From Candidatus Spechtbacteria bacterium (GTDB lineage: Bacteria; Patescibacteriota; Minisyncoccia; Spechtbacterales; JACPHP01): a stretch of DNA of 64,000 nt. The stretch spans positions 16,400-80,399 of the forward strand of contig JACPHP010000003.1 of assembly GCA_016188605.1 (NCBI GenBank), written 5' to 3'. The translations under genes were made by a program, and so were the position numbers. Below are positions 49,261 to 57,666 of this stretch, one piece after another (position 1 is the stretch's first letter; every line of letters begins with the position of its first letter). The notes under the pieces were generated by a model that was given only the letters and a program-made list of their open reading frames with translations, was not told the origin of the DNA and did not search any database.

Positions 49261-51474
49261 CTACAATGTATTCCTCCTCAACAACATCGCGTTGAACGCT
49301 ACAATCACAGTACTTAATGACATTAGCACCGCGGCAACCGCCGGCTGCAATACTATTCCCCAAGGCGCGAGAATACCCGCGGCAAGAGGAAGCGCTACTA
49401 CGTTATACCCCGCCGCCCAAAAAAGATTTTGCACCATCTTGCTATACGTCAGACGCGAAAGCGTGATAATTTTTGCAATGTCGCGCGGATCATTCTTTAC
49501 AAGAATTATGCCAGCAGATTCAATGGCTACATTTGTGCCAGCTCCAATCGCTACACCCAAATCAGCCTGTACTAAAGCTGGCGCGTCATTGATGCCATCG
49601 CCCACCATCGCCACTTTAACATTTTTAGCTTGCAGTATCTTTACTTTTGCTGCCTTATCTTGCGGCAGTACTCTCGCGAAATATTCATCAATGCCAAGGT
49701 CATGCGCCACCCAACTCGCTACATCCTCCGAATCTCCTGTGAGCATGCCGACCTTCACCCCCATTTGCCTTAGAGAAGCAATTGCTTCGCGCGACTCATC
49801 GCGAATAAGATCGGCAAGCGCGAACGCGCCTATAACATTATTGTCGCGAAGAATATAAATAATCGTTTTTCCCTTTTTACTTTCCCGTTCAATTTCTTTT
49901 TCCATACTTGATGGAACTGATGCCCCATCTAAAATCGCGGCGCCGCCGACTAAAATCTTACGACCATCAATAATACCGCTAACGCCCCTACCTGGAACGC
50001 GCGAAAAATCTTTAACCTCAAAGAAACTAAGATTATCTTGCTTGGCTTTATTTACTAATGCTCGAGAAATATAGTGCTCGGAATGAGCATCAACAGACGC
50101 GGCGAGCTGTAAAACATTTTTCTCATTTACTTGCTCGCCTGCCCCGAGTCCCTCGACATTGCTCGGGACAGGCTCTGTCGAAGTGGTCGAGGGGGTCGAA
50201 TCCGCCCAAATATTTGTAACTCCGTACTCGCCTTTTGTCAGTGTTCCTGTTTTATCAAATAAAACAATATTGATATTACGCGCCATCTCAAGCGCCAAAC
50301 GCTGGCGCACTAAAAATCCATTGCGCGCCGCCATTGTTGTAGAAATGGACGCAACTAGCGGAACCGCGAGCCCAAGCGCGTGCGGACAGGCAATCACCAG
50401 TACCGCTACCAACCGTTCAAAGGCCATGCTTACATCGCCAGCAAGAACAATCCATGCCAAAAACGCCACGCCTCCCGCGCCAATCGCGACAATTGTTAAA
50501 TAATACGCCGCCTTGTCGGAAAGAATCTGCAAGCGCGATTTTGACGCTTGCGCTTCCCGCACGAGACGCATCACGCCGGCAAAAAAAGTGTGTTCGCCAA
50601 CACTTGCCACGCTAAACTTTAGCGCGCCATCGCCGTTAATCGTTCCTGCTATAACTTGCGCGCCGACAATTTTAGACACGGGCATGGACTCACCTGTAAT
50701 CATTGATTCATCAACATGCGAGGAACCATCAATAACCCTTCCATCAGCCGGAATTCTTCCGCCCGGCCGCACCACTACAACATCGCTCTCACGAAGTTCG
50801 GACAAAGGAATTGTGGTTGTATTGCCACCACGCACAACCTCCGCCGTATCTGGCAAAAGTTTGGAAAGCTCTTTTAGCGCTCCCTGCGCGCCTTGCACCG
50901 CGCGCATTTCAATCCAGTGGCCAAGCAGCATGATAGTGATAAGTGTGGTCAGCTCCCAAAAAAGAGTATGGCTGCTGCCAATTAGCACTGAATATACGCT
51001 GTAAAAATACGCCGAGGAAATAGCAAGTGCAATCAAAGTCATCATGCCTGGCATGCGCGCGTGAATCTCCTGTACGGCACTGCGAATGAACACCCAGCCG
51101 CCATAGAAAAAAACTATGGAGCCAAAGATAAGTGGTAGAAATTCAACCCCGAAAAACATTGGCGGTTTTATCGGTGAAAATTGTTGAAAAACATCAGAGT
51201 ATAAAATGACGGGAATAGTAAGCGCGAGGCTAATCCAAAACTTTTTTAGAAAACTGTCTGTCTTGCCGTGCCCCGTAGCATGCCCTGCATTGCTAGCGGG
51301 GTGGCCAGCGTGACGGTCATGAACCTTCCCTTGAGGTTTAACCTCAAGGGATTTTCTTGCCCCGAGCTTGTCGAGGGGTTCTTCCACGGCAAAAAGCTGC
51401 ATGCCACATTCAGGGCACATACCGGCGTAATCCTGACGTATTTCAGGATGCATTGGACAAATATATACGGTCAC
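49261..51474 (-). CDS. Heavy-metal translocating P1B-type ATPase with N-terminal CxxC...CxxC metal-binding segment
   Basis: CPMHPE...CPECGM; CPH transmembrane motif (ACPHALGLA); DKTGTLT phosphorylation site; GDGINDAP hinge. Confidence 0.85.
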   Translation of the reverse strand: MTVYICPMHPEIRQDYAGMCPECGMQLFAVEEPLDKLGARKSLEVKPQGKVHDRHAGHPASNAGHATGHGKTDSFLKKFWISLALTIPVILYSDVFQQFSPIKPPMFFGVEFLPLIFGSIVFFYGGWVFIRSAVQEIHARMPGMMTLIALAISSAYFYSVYSVLIGSSHTLFWELTTLITIMLLGHWIEMRAVQGAQGALKELSKLLPDTAEVVRGGNTTTIPLSELRESDVVVVRPGGRIPADGRVIDGSSHVDESMITGESMPVSKIVGAQVIAGTINGDGALKFSVASVGEHTFFAGVMRLVREAQASKSRLQILSDKAAYYLTIVAIGAGGVAFLAWIVLAGDVSMAFERLVAVLVIACPHALGLAVPLVASISTTMAARNGFLVRQRLALEMARNINIVLFDKTGTLTKGEYGVTNIWADSTPSTTSTEPVPSNVEGLGAGEQVNEKNVLQLAASVDAHSEHYISRALVNKAKQDNLSFFEVKDFSRVPGRGVSGIIDGRKILVGGAAILDGASVPSSMEKEIERESKKGKTIIYILRDNNVIGAFALADLIRDESREAIASLRQMGVKVGMLTGDSEDVASWVAHDLGIDEYFARVLPQDKAAKVKILQAKNVKVAMVGDGINDAPALVQADLGVAIGAGTNVAIESAGIILVKNDPRDIAKIITLSRLTYSKMVQNLFWAAGYNVVALPLAAGILAPWGIVLQPAVAAVLMSLSTVIVAFNAMLLRRNTL

Positions 51475-51754
51475 ATTATTTATATTAATTGATGGTGAAT
51501 ATTCTAGCCAAGCTATTCCCTTAGTTTGGCGCAGTACCTAAAATTTTTACAATATAAACATCGGCAGCGCCGACAACACGAATAGTATCACCATCATTGA
51601 TAAGAGACGCGGTCGCCGCGCGTGATGAAGGCGCAAACAATGCAAATCCCGCAATGGCTGAAAAAATAACAAAATTTTTATGATGTTTTTGAGATGCATT
51701 GATAAACAAGCTTATAGGATGGCCTTCAGTGCTAATTATTAATTACCCGGCGAT

Positions 51755-52132
51755 TCACTTGCCTATGAATCCCTTGCAAATATTACTGCCGCAATTACAC
51801 TTAAAGCCCATAGGCTGTCCATTGCTATAATCAGACGTGATCTCTTCCCCTTTTTTAATATCTTTGATGGCAATGTCGCTATAATTTTTTACGCGTGTAT
51901 TAGGCTCGCAAGAATGGTTCACGTATCTCTCCGGAGATTGCATGAAGAGATACTTTTTACCCATTTGATAAAGGTAATGCCTATCGTCAGAACGTAATGT
52001 ATCTCCTTCTGATTTCGTTAAAATTTTAGGATGCCATTCTAAAACAACTTCGCCCTTCTTAAAGTCTCTATCAGCAAATATGCCCTTTCCGCTTATTTTT
52101 GATTTCTTAATTACGACACCGCCCATAATCAC
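51755..52132 (-). CDS. SET-domain protein (putative protein lysine methyltransferase)
   Basis: 125 aa. NHSCEPN motif and GEEIT.DY post-SET-like Cys cluster (CNCGSNIC). Confidence 0.6.
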   Translation of the reverse strand: MIMGGVVIKKSKISGKGIFADRDFKKGEVVLEWHPKILTKSEGDTLRSDDRHYLYQMGKKYLFMQSPERYVNHSCEPNTRVKNYSDIAIKDIKKGEEITSDYSNGQPMGFKCNCGSNICKGFIGK

Positions 52133-52154
52133 TTAAATTATTTACTGTTTATTT

Positions 52155-52229
52155 GGTGGACCCAAGGGGATTCGAACCCCTCACCCCTTCCATGCCATGG
52201 AAGTGCTCTACCAAATGAGCTATGGGCCC
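52155..52229 (-). tRNA. tRNA-Ala(GGC) with encoded CCA
   Basis: Reverse complement: gggccca-ta-gctc-atttggtag-agc, anticodon stem cttcc/ggaag with loop atGGCat, T-arm ggggttcgaatcccc. G3:U70 pair present. Confidence 0.75.
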
Positions 52230-52261
52230 ATATATTAATAACACGATGTACTTCACAATTG

Positions 52262-52333
52262 TGCCCCCATGGGGAATTGAACCTCAATTTAGGGCTTAGG
52301 AGTCCCTCGTTCTATCCGTTGAACTATGGGGGC
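52262..52333 (-). tRNA. tRNA-Arg(CCU)
   Basis: Reverse complement: gccccca-ta-gttc-aacggat-agaac, anticodon loop ctCCTaa (one A:G mismatch closing the stem), T-arm tgagg-ttcaatt-cccca. Confidence 0.65.
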
Positions 52334-52960
52334 TTAAACATTAGTGATCCTTTCTACTAATGCGTGCCTTAAGGAATTAAATAGCTTGAGAATATGATTA
52401 CCCTTTATAATTCTTACGCGACACATCCCGTATTTAAGCTTACCAGTTTTCTTGCCCTTAAGAACATCGACGGAGGTGATTTGTGATTTTGAAAGCCTTG
52501 TTACATTTGTCCAAAATTTTATCGCCTCTTCTTGGTTGATGTCCTCATAAATACGAAGTGACATACTTAGATTATTCCGCATAATCCCCAATTCATATAA
52601 ACATTCAATAAAAACTTTTAATAATTCAGGGTCACTATTAATCAAACTAGAATCCCTTTTTGCTCCTTCTGCCCAATATAGAGCTGCCGCAACTAGAATC
52701 TTCTCTTTTTGACTTATCTCACCTAAAATATTCTTGACATCATCATCTGCTTTTTGAATTGCCTTTAATTGTCTAAAAACACTAGATTTTCTTCTATTCT
52801 CCCAATATTCAAAAAACTCCGACTTAATACTGACTCCTTGAATATACTTGAAAACTGTACCATTTGAATGGCTAGTGATTCTTCTGATCTCCGGAAGACT
52901 ATGTCCACTCTCTCGCAAAGAAACAATTTTTGCAATTTGATCCTTGGATAGACCTTTCAT
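52334..52960 (-). CDS. HTH plus LAGLIDADG-like (single-motif) homing-endonuclease-like protein
   Basis: 208 aa. N-terminal resolvase-type HTH (LSKDQIAKIVSLRESGHSLPEIRRIT). LYWAEGAKRD resembles the LAEG-variant LAGLIDADG motif seen in the gyrA intein ([13 protein letters not shown]). Abuts tRNA-Arg. Confidence 0.5.
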   Translation of the reverse strand: MKGLSKDQIAKIVSLRESGHSLPEIRRITSHSNGTVFKYIQGVSIKSEFFEYWENRRKSSVFRQLKAIQKADDDVKNILGEISQKEKILVAAALYWAEGAKRDSSLINSDPELLKVFIECLYELGIMRNNLSMSLRIYEDINQEEAIKFWTNVTRLSKSQITSVDVLKGKKTGKLKYGMCRVRIIKGNHILKLFNSLRHALVERITNV

Positions 52961-53002
52961 TATTCAATTGTATCATGAATGCAGAACGATTCCTAGAATA
53001 GG

Positions 53003-53029
53003 ATTGCTCTATCCGTTGAACTATGGAGG
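53003..53029 (-). pseudogene. 5' fragment of a tRNA-Arg-like gene (acceptor plus D-arm only)
   Basis: Reverse complement gcctccat-a-gttc-aacggat-agagc differs by 2 nt from the 5' end of tRNA-Arg(CCU) at 52309-52333. No anticodon or T-arm follows. Confidence 0.5.
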
Positions 53030-53160
53030 CTATTTGCTCATATAAACACCGGCTGGTTGCGAGGACTATAATACAACAATCTTATGTAACTTACAATGAT
53101 CTTTACGGTAATTGCTCGCTGATAATGAGATATGTCACGCTATGTTGCATCAAAAACGAA

Positions 53161-54600
53161 TTATTCAACAAAACTATCCGCAAATACGAAACTGGTATCT
53201 GGCTGATAATACGCGAGAGTCATCAAATTTTTTCGCCAACCAATAATAATTGGATCAATGAATCTCCACATTGCCCTCACCTCTTCCGAAGACACAAAAA
53301 GAGTTTGATCGCCGGCAATGCCATCAAGCAGCAATTTTTTATATTCCTCAATGTATTGGGTTCTTTTCTCCGCGTCTCTAAAACGAAAGTCCAGCGTTCT
53401 TTCCTCCAACTCCATGTCAAAACCCTCCTTTTTTGACCCGAAATGAATTGTCACGCCCTCTATTGGCTCAATGCCTATAGTCAATTTATTTTTATAATGC
53501 TGCTCTTTCTTGGGGCAAAGGCAAGGATTTGGATGGCGCAATGTAATTTCAATATCCTTACGCTGATCTTGCAATCGCTTGCCGCTTTCCAAAATAAATG
53601 GCACGCCTTTCCATTTTGGATGAGATAAAAACGCGCGGATCTTAAAATACGTTTCTGTTTGAGAATCTGGCGCCACACCAGCAATGTCGCGATAACCCGC
53701 ATATTGCGCTCGAAAAGCAGAAGTACGGACATCTTCTTCGGTTGGCAGTACTAATGTTTTTAAAATATCTGCGCGATTTTTTCTGATAGCGTCTACACTA
53801 AATTCCCTGGGATGCTCCATGGTTACCAATGCCAACATCTGTAAAAGATGGTTCTGACCCACATCTTGAAGCGCCCCCACGCTGTCATAAAAATTCCCCC
53901 TATCCTCCACGCCGATTTTTTCCATCAAACGAATATGAACCCTTTCGATATTTTGACGCCCCCAGTTTGTTTCAAACAGATTATTTGAAAAACGGAATGC
54001 CAGAATGTTCTGCAACATTTCTTTGGCAAGATAATGATCAGTGCGATAAATTTGAACTTCTTTGAAAAGAGAACTCAAAAGTTCTTCCAATTGTTCTGAT
54101 GTTTCCAGATTTTTGCCGAACGGTTTTTCCACCAGAATGCGCGTCCATCCTTCCTCCGGACTGCATGGTTTTGTCAATTCCGAAGCCGCGAGATTTTTGA
54201 ATATGGCCTCATAGAGATTGGGTGGGACTGCCAGATAGAACAGCTTATTTGCGCAGATCCCCCAATCATCGTCTATTTTACGCAAATGGTTCTCTAGGTC
54301 TTCAAAATCGGCTAGATTCTCAAAAACACCCGAATGATAAGAAAAGAGTTTGCAGAATGCCTTGCGTGTTTTTATATTGGCATCTTTGTATTGAGCAGAT
54401 GTTTCAAAAAGATATTTCTCAAAATCTTTTGGAGAAATATCTTGGCGCGAGAATCCGACTATTTTAAACGTGGTCGGGAGTTGGTTGTTTATAAACAAGC
54501 TGAAGAGAGCAGGCATAATCTTCTTTTTCACAAGGTCGCCTGTGATGCCGAAAATGACAATTATTGTTGGAATATTCTTTGTTTGCATTTTGTCTTCCAT
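53161..54600 (-). CDS. zwf: Glucose-6-phosphate 1-dehydrogenase
   Basis: FGITGDLVKKKIMPAL NADP motif; EKPFG; RTDHYLAKE (RIDHYLGKE-type) motif. Confidence 0.85.
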   Translation of the reverse strand: MEDKMQTKNIPTIIVIFGITGDLVKKKIMPALFSLFINNQLPTTFKIVGFSRQDISPKDFEKYLFETSAQYKDANIKTRKAFCKLFSYHSGVFENLADFEDLENHLRKIDDDWGICANKLFYLAVPPNLYEAIFKNLAASELTKPCSPEEGWTRILVEKPFGKNLETSEQLEELLSSLFKEVQIYRTDHYLAKEMLQNILAFRFSNNLFETNWGRQNIERVHIRLMEKIGVEDRGNFYDSVGALQDVGQNHLLQMLALVTMEHPREFSVDAIRKNRADILKTLVLPTEEDVRTSAFRAQYAGYRDIAGVAPDSQTETYFKIRAFLSHPKWKGVPFILESGKRLQDQRKDIEITLRHPNPCLCPKKEQHYKNKLTIGIEPIEGVTIHFGSKKEGFDMELEERTLDFRFRDAEKRTQYIEEYKKLLLDGIAGDQTLFVSSEEVRAMWRFIDPIIIGWRKNLMTLAYYQPDTSFVFADSFVE

Positions 54601-54699
54601 AAATAATAATGATCAAGTGTGTTGAAGCCAGGCTTCGACACACTTGAGATGCGATAACCCATTTTGTCCAACTTAATTATACTATGATATAATGAGTAT

Positions 54700-55734
54700 A
54701 TGGAAAATTCACCAATCATTCAAATTGCGAAAAAAGTTTGCCCGGCAGTCATTAGTATCGTCATCTCAAAGGACGTGCCGCAAATTGAAGGCTTTTACAC
54801 AATGCCTTTTCGGGGCAGGCGGTACATAGTGCCGAAATTAAGCAAGGGGAGAAAGGAAAATGTAAAAATCGGCGGTGGATCAGGATTCTTTGTATCCGAA
54901 AATGGACTTATTCTCACTAACAGCCATGTTGTGGCAGATCCTGAAGCAAACTATACTGCAATCCTAGACCATCAAAAAGACGAAAAAATGCAGGTAAAGA
55001 TATTGGCGCGCGACCCAATACACGATATTGCAATCGCCAAAGTTGATAAAAAAGACGTGCCCTTTATTGAGCTTGGCAGTTCTTCTAATCTTCAGCTCGG
55101 CCAAATGGTTGTAGCTGTGGGATACGCGCTTGGCGAGTTCACAAATACCGTCAGCTCCGGCATTGTATCGGGATTAAGCCGTTTCATTACCGCCGACAGC
55201 GGCATGCATCGCCATGCCGAACGATTGCGCGGGTTAATTCAGACAGACGCGGCAATTAATCCAGGTAATTCCGGCGGACCACTTGTTGATATCGACGGCA
55301 AGGTTATTGGTATCAACACCGCCGTGGTATTCGGCGCGCAAAACATCGGCTTTGCTATTCCAATTGATAGCGCCAAAAAAGATATTGAAGAAGTTAAGCA
55401 ATATGGCCGCATCCGCATGCCCTTCTTTGGCGTGCGCTACATAATTCTCGACGAACAAATCCAGAAGCAAAACAAATTACCGGTTAGCTACGGCGCGCTC
55501 ATTGTCCGAGAAACGCTTGGTGAAGAAGCGGTAATAAAAAACTCAAGCGCGGATAAAGCCGGTTTAAAAGAATTTGATATCATACTTGAAATAAACGACA
55601 AAAAAATCACAATTGACTATAGCGTGCAAGACGCGCTTCAGGAGCATGAGATAGGCGAGGAATTAGCATTCAAAGTTTTACGACAAGGGAAAGAAAAGAT
55701 GCTGAAGGCGAGGTTGGAAGAGAAAAGAAAATAG
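54700..55734 (+). CDS. Trypsin-like serine protease of the HtrA/DegP family with C-terminal PDZ
   Basis: GSGFFVSENGLILTNSHVV (His), DIAIAKV (Asp), GNSGGPL (Ser); PDZ-like C-terminus. Confidence 0.8.
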   Translation: MENSPIIQIAKKVCPAVISIVISKDVPQIEGFYTMPFRGRRYIVPKLSKGRKENVKIGGGSGFFVSENGLILTNSHVVADPEANYTAILDHQKDEKMQVKILARDPIHDIAIAKVDKKDVPFIELGSSSNLQLGQMVVAVGYALGEFTNTVSSGIVSGLSRFITADSGMHRHAERLRGLIQTDAAINPGNSGGPLVDIDGKVIGINTAVVFGAQNIGFAIPIDSAKKDIEEVKQYGRIRMPFFGVRYIILDEQIQKQNKLPVSYGALIVRETLGEEAVIKNSSADKAGLKEFDIILEINDKKITIDYSVQDALQEHEIGEELAFKVLRQGKEKMLKARLEEKRK

Positions 55735-55782
55735 AATTACTAATTGACCTAATTACTAATTTCTAATCAAATCCCAATGACG

Positions 55783-55812
55783 AATAAAGTCTTAAGCTTA
55801 AGACTTTTGTTT
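55783..55812 (+). terminator. Palindromic terminator aaagtcttaagcttaagacttt plus T-run
   Basis: Perfect palindrome after the htrA stop. Confidence 0.55.
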
Positions 55813-55935
55813 GTCATCTCGAACGAGCAACAGCTCGGAGAGATCTCTCGTCATTGCTATGACTTCGAGATGACAGTGATAAGGAAGCTTTGTCATCTCG
55901 AACGCCCCGCAGTGGTGGGGCGGAGAGATCCCTGC
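55811..55935. repeat. Family-3 inverted-repeat elements: one complete copy (55811-55876) plus the left half of a second (55891-55935)
   Basis: tgtcatctcgaacg...ggagagatctctcg...tcgagatgaca, then tgtcatctcgaacgccccgcagtggtggggcggagagatc. Confidence 0.6.
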
Positions 55936-55942
55936 ATTCAAT

Positions 55943-56236
55943 ATGGTAAAGTCCTACTATGTTTACATTATCAGCAACAAAAATCATACGGTTTTCTATA
56001 CAGGAGTTACGAATAATCTCATTAGAAGAATATACGAACATAAAGAGAAACTAATTGATGGCTTTACTAAAAAATACAATATAGGCAAATTGCTATTTTT
56101 TGAGGAGTACAATGACGTAGAAGTAGCAATAAGTAGAGAAAAACAAATCAAAGATTACAGGAGAGAGAAAAAGTTAGCTCTAATAAAAGAACAAAATCTC
56201 AATTGGCGGGATTTATGGGAAGATATTAATAAATGA
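55943..56236 (+). CDS. GIY-YIG nuclease family protein (small, about 97 aa)
   Basis: YVYIISNKNHTVFYTGVTNNLIRRIYEHK is the GIY...YIG...R...E signature. Confidence 0.75.
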   Translation: MVKSYYVYIISNKNHTVFYTGVTNNLIRRIYEHKEKLIDGFTKKYNIGKLLFFEEYNDVEVAISREKQIKDYRREKKLALIKEQNLNWRDLWEDINK

Positions 56237-56261
56237 TCTTTAGTGTATAGGAGTCCATGTA

Positions 56262-56298
56262 AGAGATCTCTCGTCGCTACGGCGACTTCGAGATGACA
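56262..56298. repeat. Right half of the family-3 element that encloses the GIY-YIG gene
   Basis: agagatctctcgtcgctacggcgacttcgagatgaca completes the element begun at 55891. Confidence 0.6.
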
Positions 56299-56409
56299 TG
56301 CTAGTATATTGAGGGTAATTTTGGTCATTAGTATTTTAGGCCTTGATTGTTCATTTGGCACTGTGATTTGATTAGAAATTAGGTCAATTAGGAATTAGAA
56401 ATTTACTAG

Positions 56410-57531
56410 TTATCCGTGCCGTATCACCATCACATCTCCGTCCTGCACCACGTAATCTTTTCCCTCAAGCCTTAATTTACCTTGCATGCGCGCTTCACTC
56501 CAACCCCCTATTTCCAATAGCTCTTGCCAGCCAATAACCTCCGCGCGAATAAAATTTTTATCAAAATCAGTGTGAATAACTCCTGCCGCTTGCGGGGCCT
56601 TTGTGCCCCGTTTTATCGTCCAAGCACGGGACTCATCTTCACCAGTAGTAAGAAAGGTTATCAAGTTAAGCACCTCGTATGCTTTAACTATTAGCTCGCC
56701 GAGATGCGCCTCACCGAGACCGAGTTCCTTACGCTCACTAGCCGTAAATCCCGCGCCCTCAAGTTCTTCTCGCGCGTTTAGCGCCACGTACGGGAATCCT
56801 GTATTCGCAATATATTGTTTTACATTCTCGAGAATTATAATCTGCGCGTCTTTAATGTTTAACACAAACATTCCAGGCTTTGCAGTCAGCAATTGATACG
56901 ATTTGAGTAATTCGCTTTTTGCCGTAAAATCCGCGCTGTCCTCGTGCCCTTTCAAAATCGTCAACGCGCCTTTGCCGTCGCCAAGAGCCGAGGCAAGCTC
57001 CTCCAACAACGCTACTTCAATCTGAATTTCTTTTGATCCGCTTTTTGCATCTTTGCGCGCCCCGTTAGAGGCATTGCCTCTAACGGGGCGCGCTCGCTCT
57101 AATCTTTTCTCTACCGTTTCTAAATCTTTCAAAATGAGTTCTGTTTGCACAATATCCACATCGCGCAATGGGTCAATTGTTTCTTCCACATGATGAATTT
57201 CCGAATCCTCAAACAAGCGCACCATGTATAAGATTGCATCAACGTCGCGGATGCGCGATAGAAACTGATTGCCGAGGCCCTCGCCTTTATTTGCCCCGCG
57301 CACCAAGCCCGCAATGTCCACAAACTCAACCACGGCCGGCACAATCTTTTTGGAATGCGACAAATCAGACAGCTTTTGCAAGCGCTCATCGGGCACCTCA
57401 ACCACACCAACGTTGGGGTCGATGGTGCAAAATGGATAATTAGCAATATCCACTTCTTTTTTTGTCAGCGCCTTAAAAAGTGTTGATTTTCCGACGTTGG
57501 GCAAGCCAACGATGCCGATAGATAAGGACAT
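56410..57531 (-). CDS. ychF: Ribosome-binding ATPase YchF
   Basis: MSLSIGIVGLPNVGKSTLFKALT G1 motif, TGS-like C-terminus. Contains an in-frame 41-bp perfect palindrome. Confidence 0.85.
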   Translation of the reverse strand: MSLSIGIVGLPNVGKSTLFKALTKKEVDIANYPFCTIDPNVGVVEVPDERLQKLSDLSHSKKIVPAVVEFVDIAGLVRGANKGEGLGNQFLSRIRDVDAILYMVRLFEDSEIHHVEETIDPLRDVDIVQTELILKDLETVEKRLERARPVRGNASNGARKDAKSGSKEIQIEVALLEELASALGDGKGALTILKGHEDSADFTAKSELLKSYQLLTAKPGMFVLNIKDAQIIILENVKQYIANTGFPYVALNAREELEGAGFTASERKELGLGEAHLGELIVKAYEVLNLITFLTTGEDESRAWTIKRGTKAPQAAGVIHTDFDKNFIRAEVIGWQELLEIGGWSEARMQGKLRLEGKDYVVQDGDVMVIRHG

Positions 57532-57547
57532 ACCTAACTACAATACA

Positions 57548-57665
57548 CTGAATAATGAATCATGAATAGTGAATAATGCACTCAAAAACGCCTGCCATTT
57601 CTCGCTATACTCGAAGTGACAGGCGTTGGTATTCACGATTCACAATTCTATATTCGCTATTCCCA
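57548..57665. repeat. Family-1-like AT-rich hairpin repeat with inner GC hairpin (aacgcctgcc...ggcaggcgtt)
   Basis: ctgaataatgaatcatgaatagtgaataatg ... attcacgattcacaattctatattc flank an inner inverted repeat. Confidence 0.5.
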
Positions 57666-57666
57666 G

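Noticed and set aside
19304-57665. CRISPR array interpretation of the recurring tgaatcatgaattgtgaata-type repeats
   Set aside because: Copies are dispersed over 38 kb at gene boundaries. They are imperfect and dyad-symmetric, with no regular repeat-spacer periodicity and no cas genes. They behave like REP/MITE hairpins.
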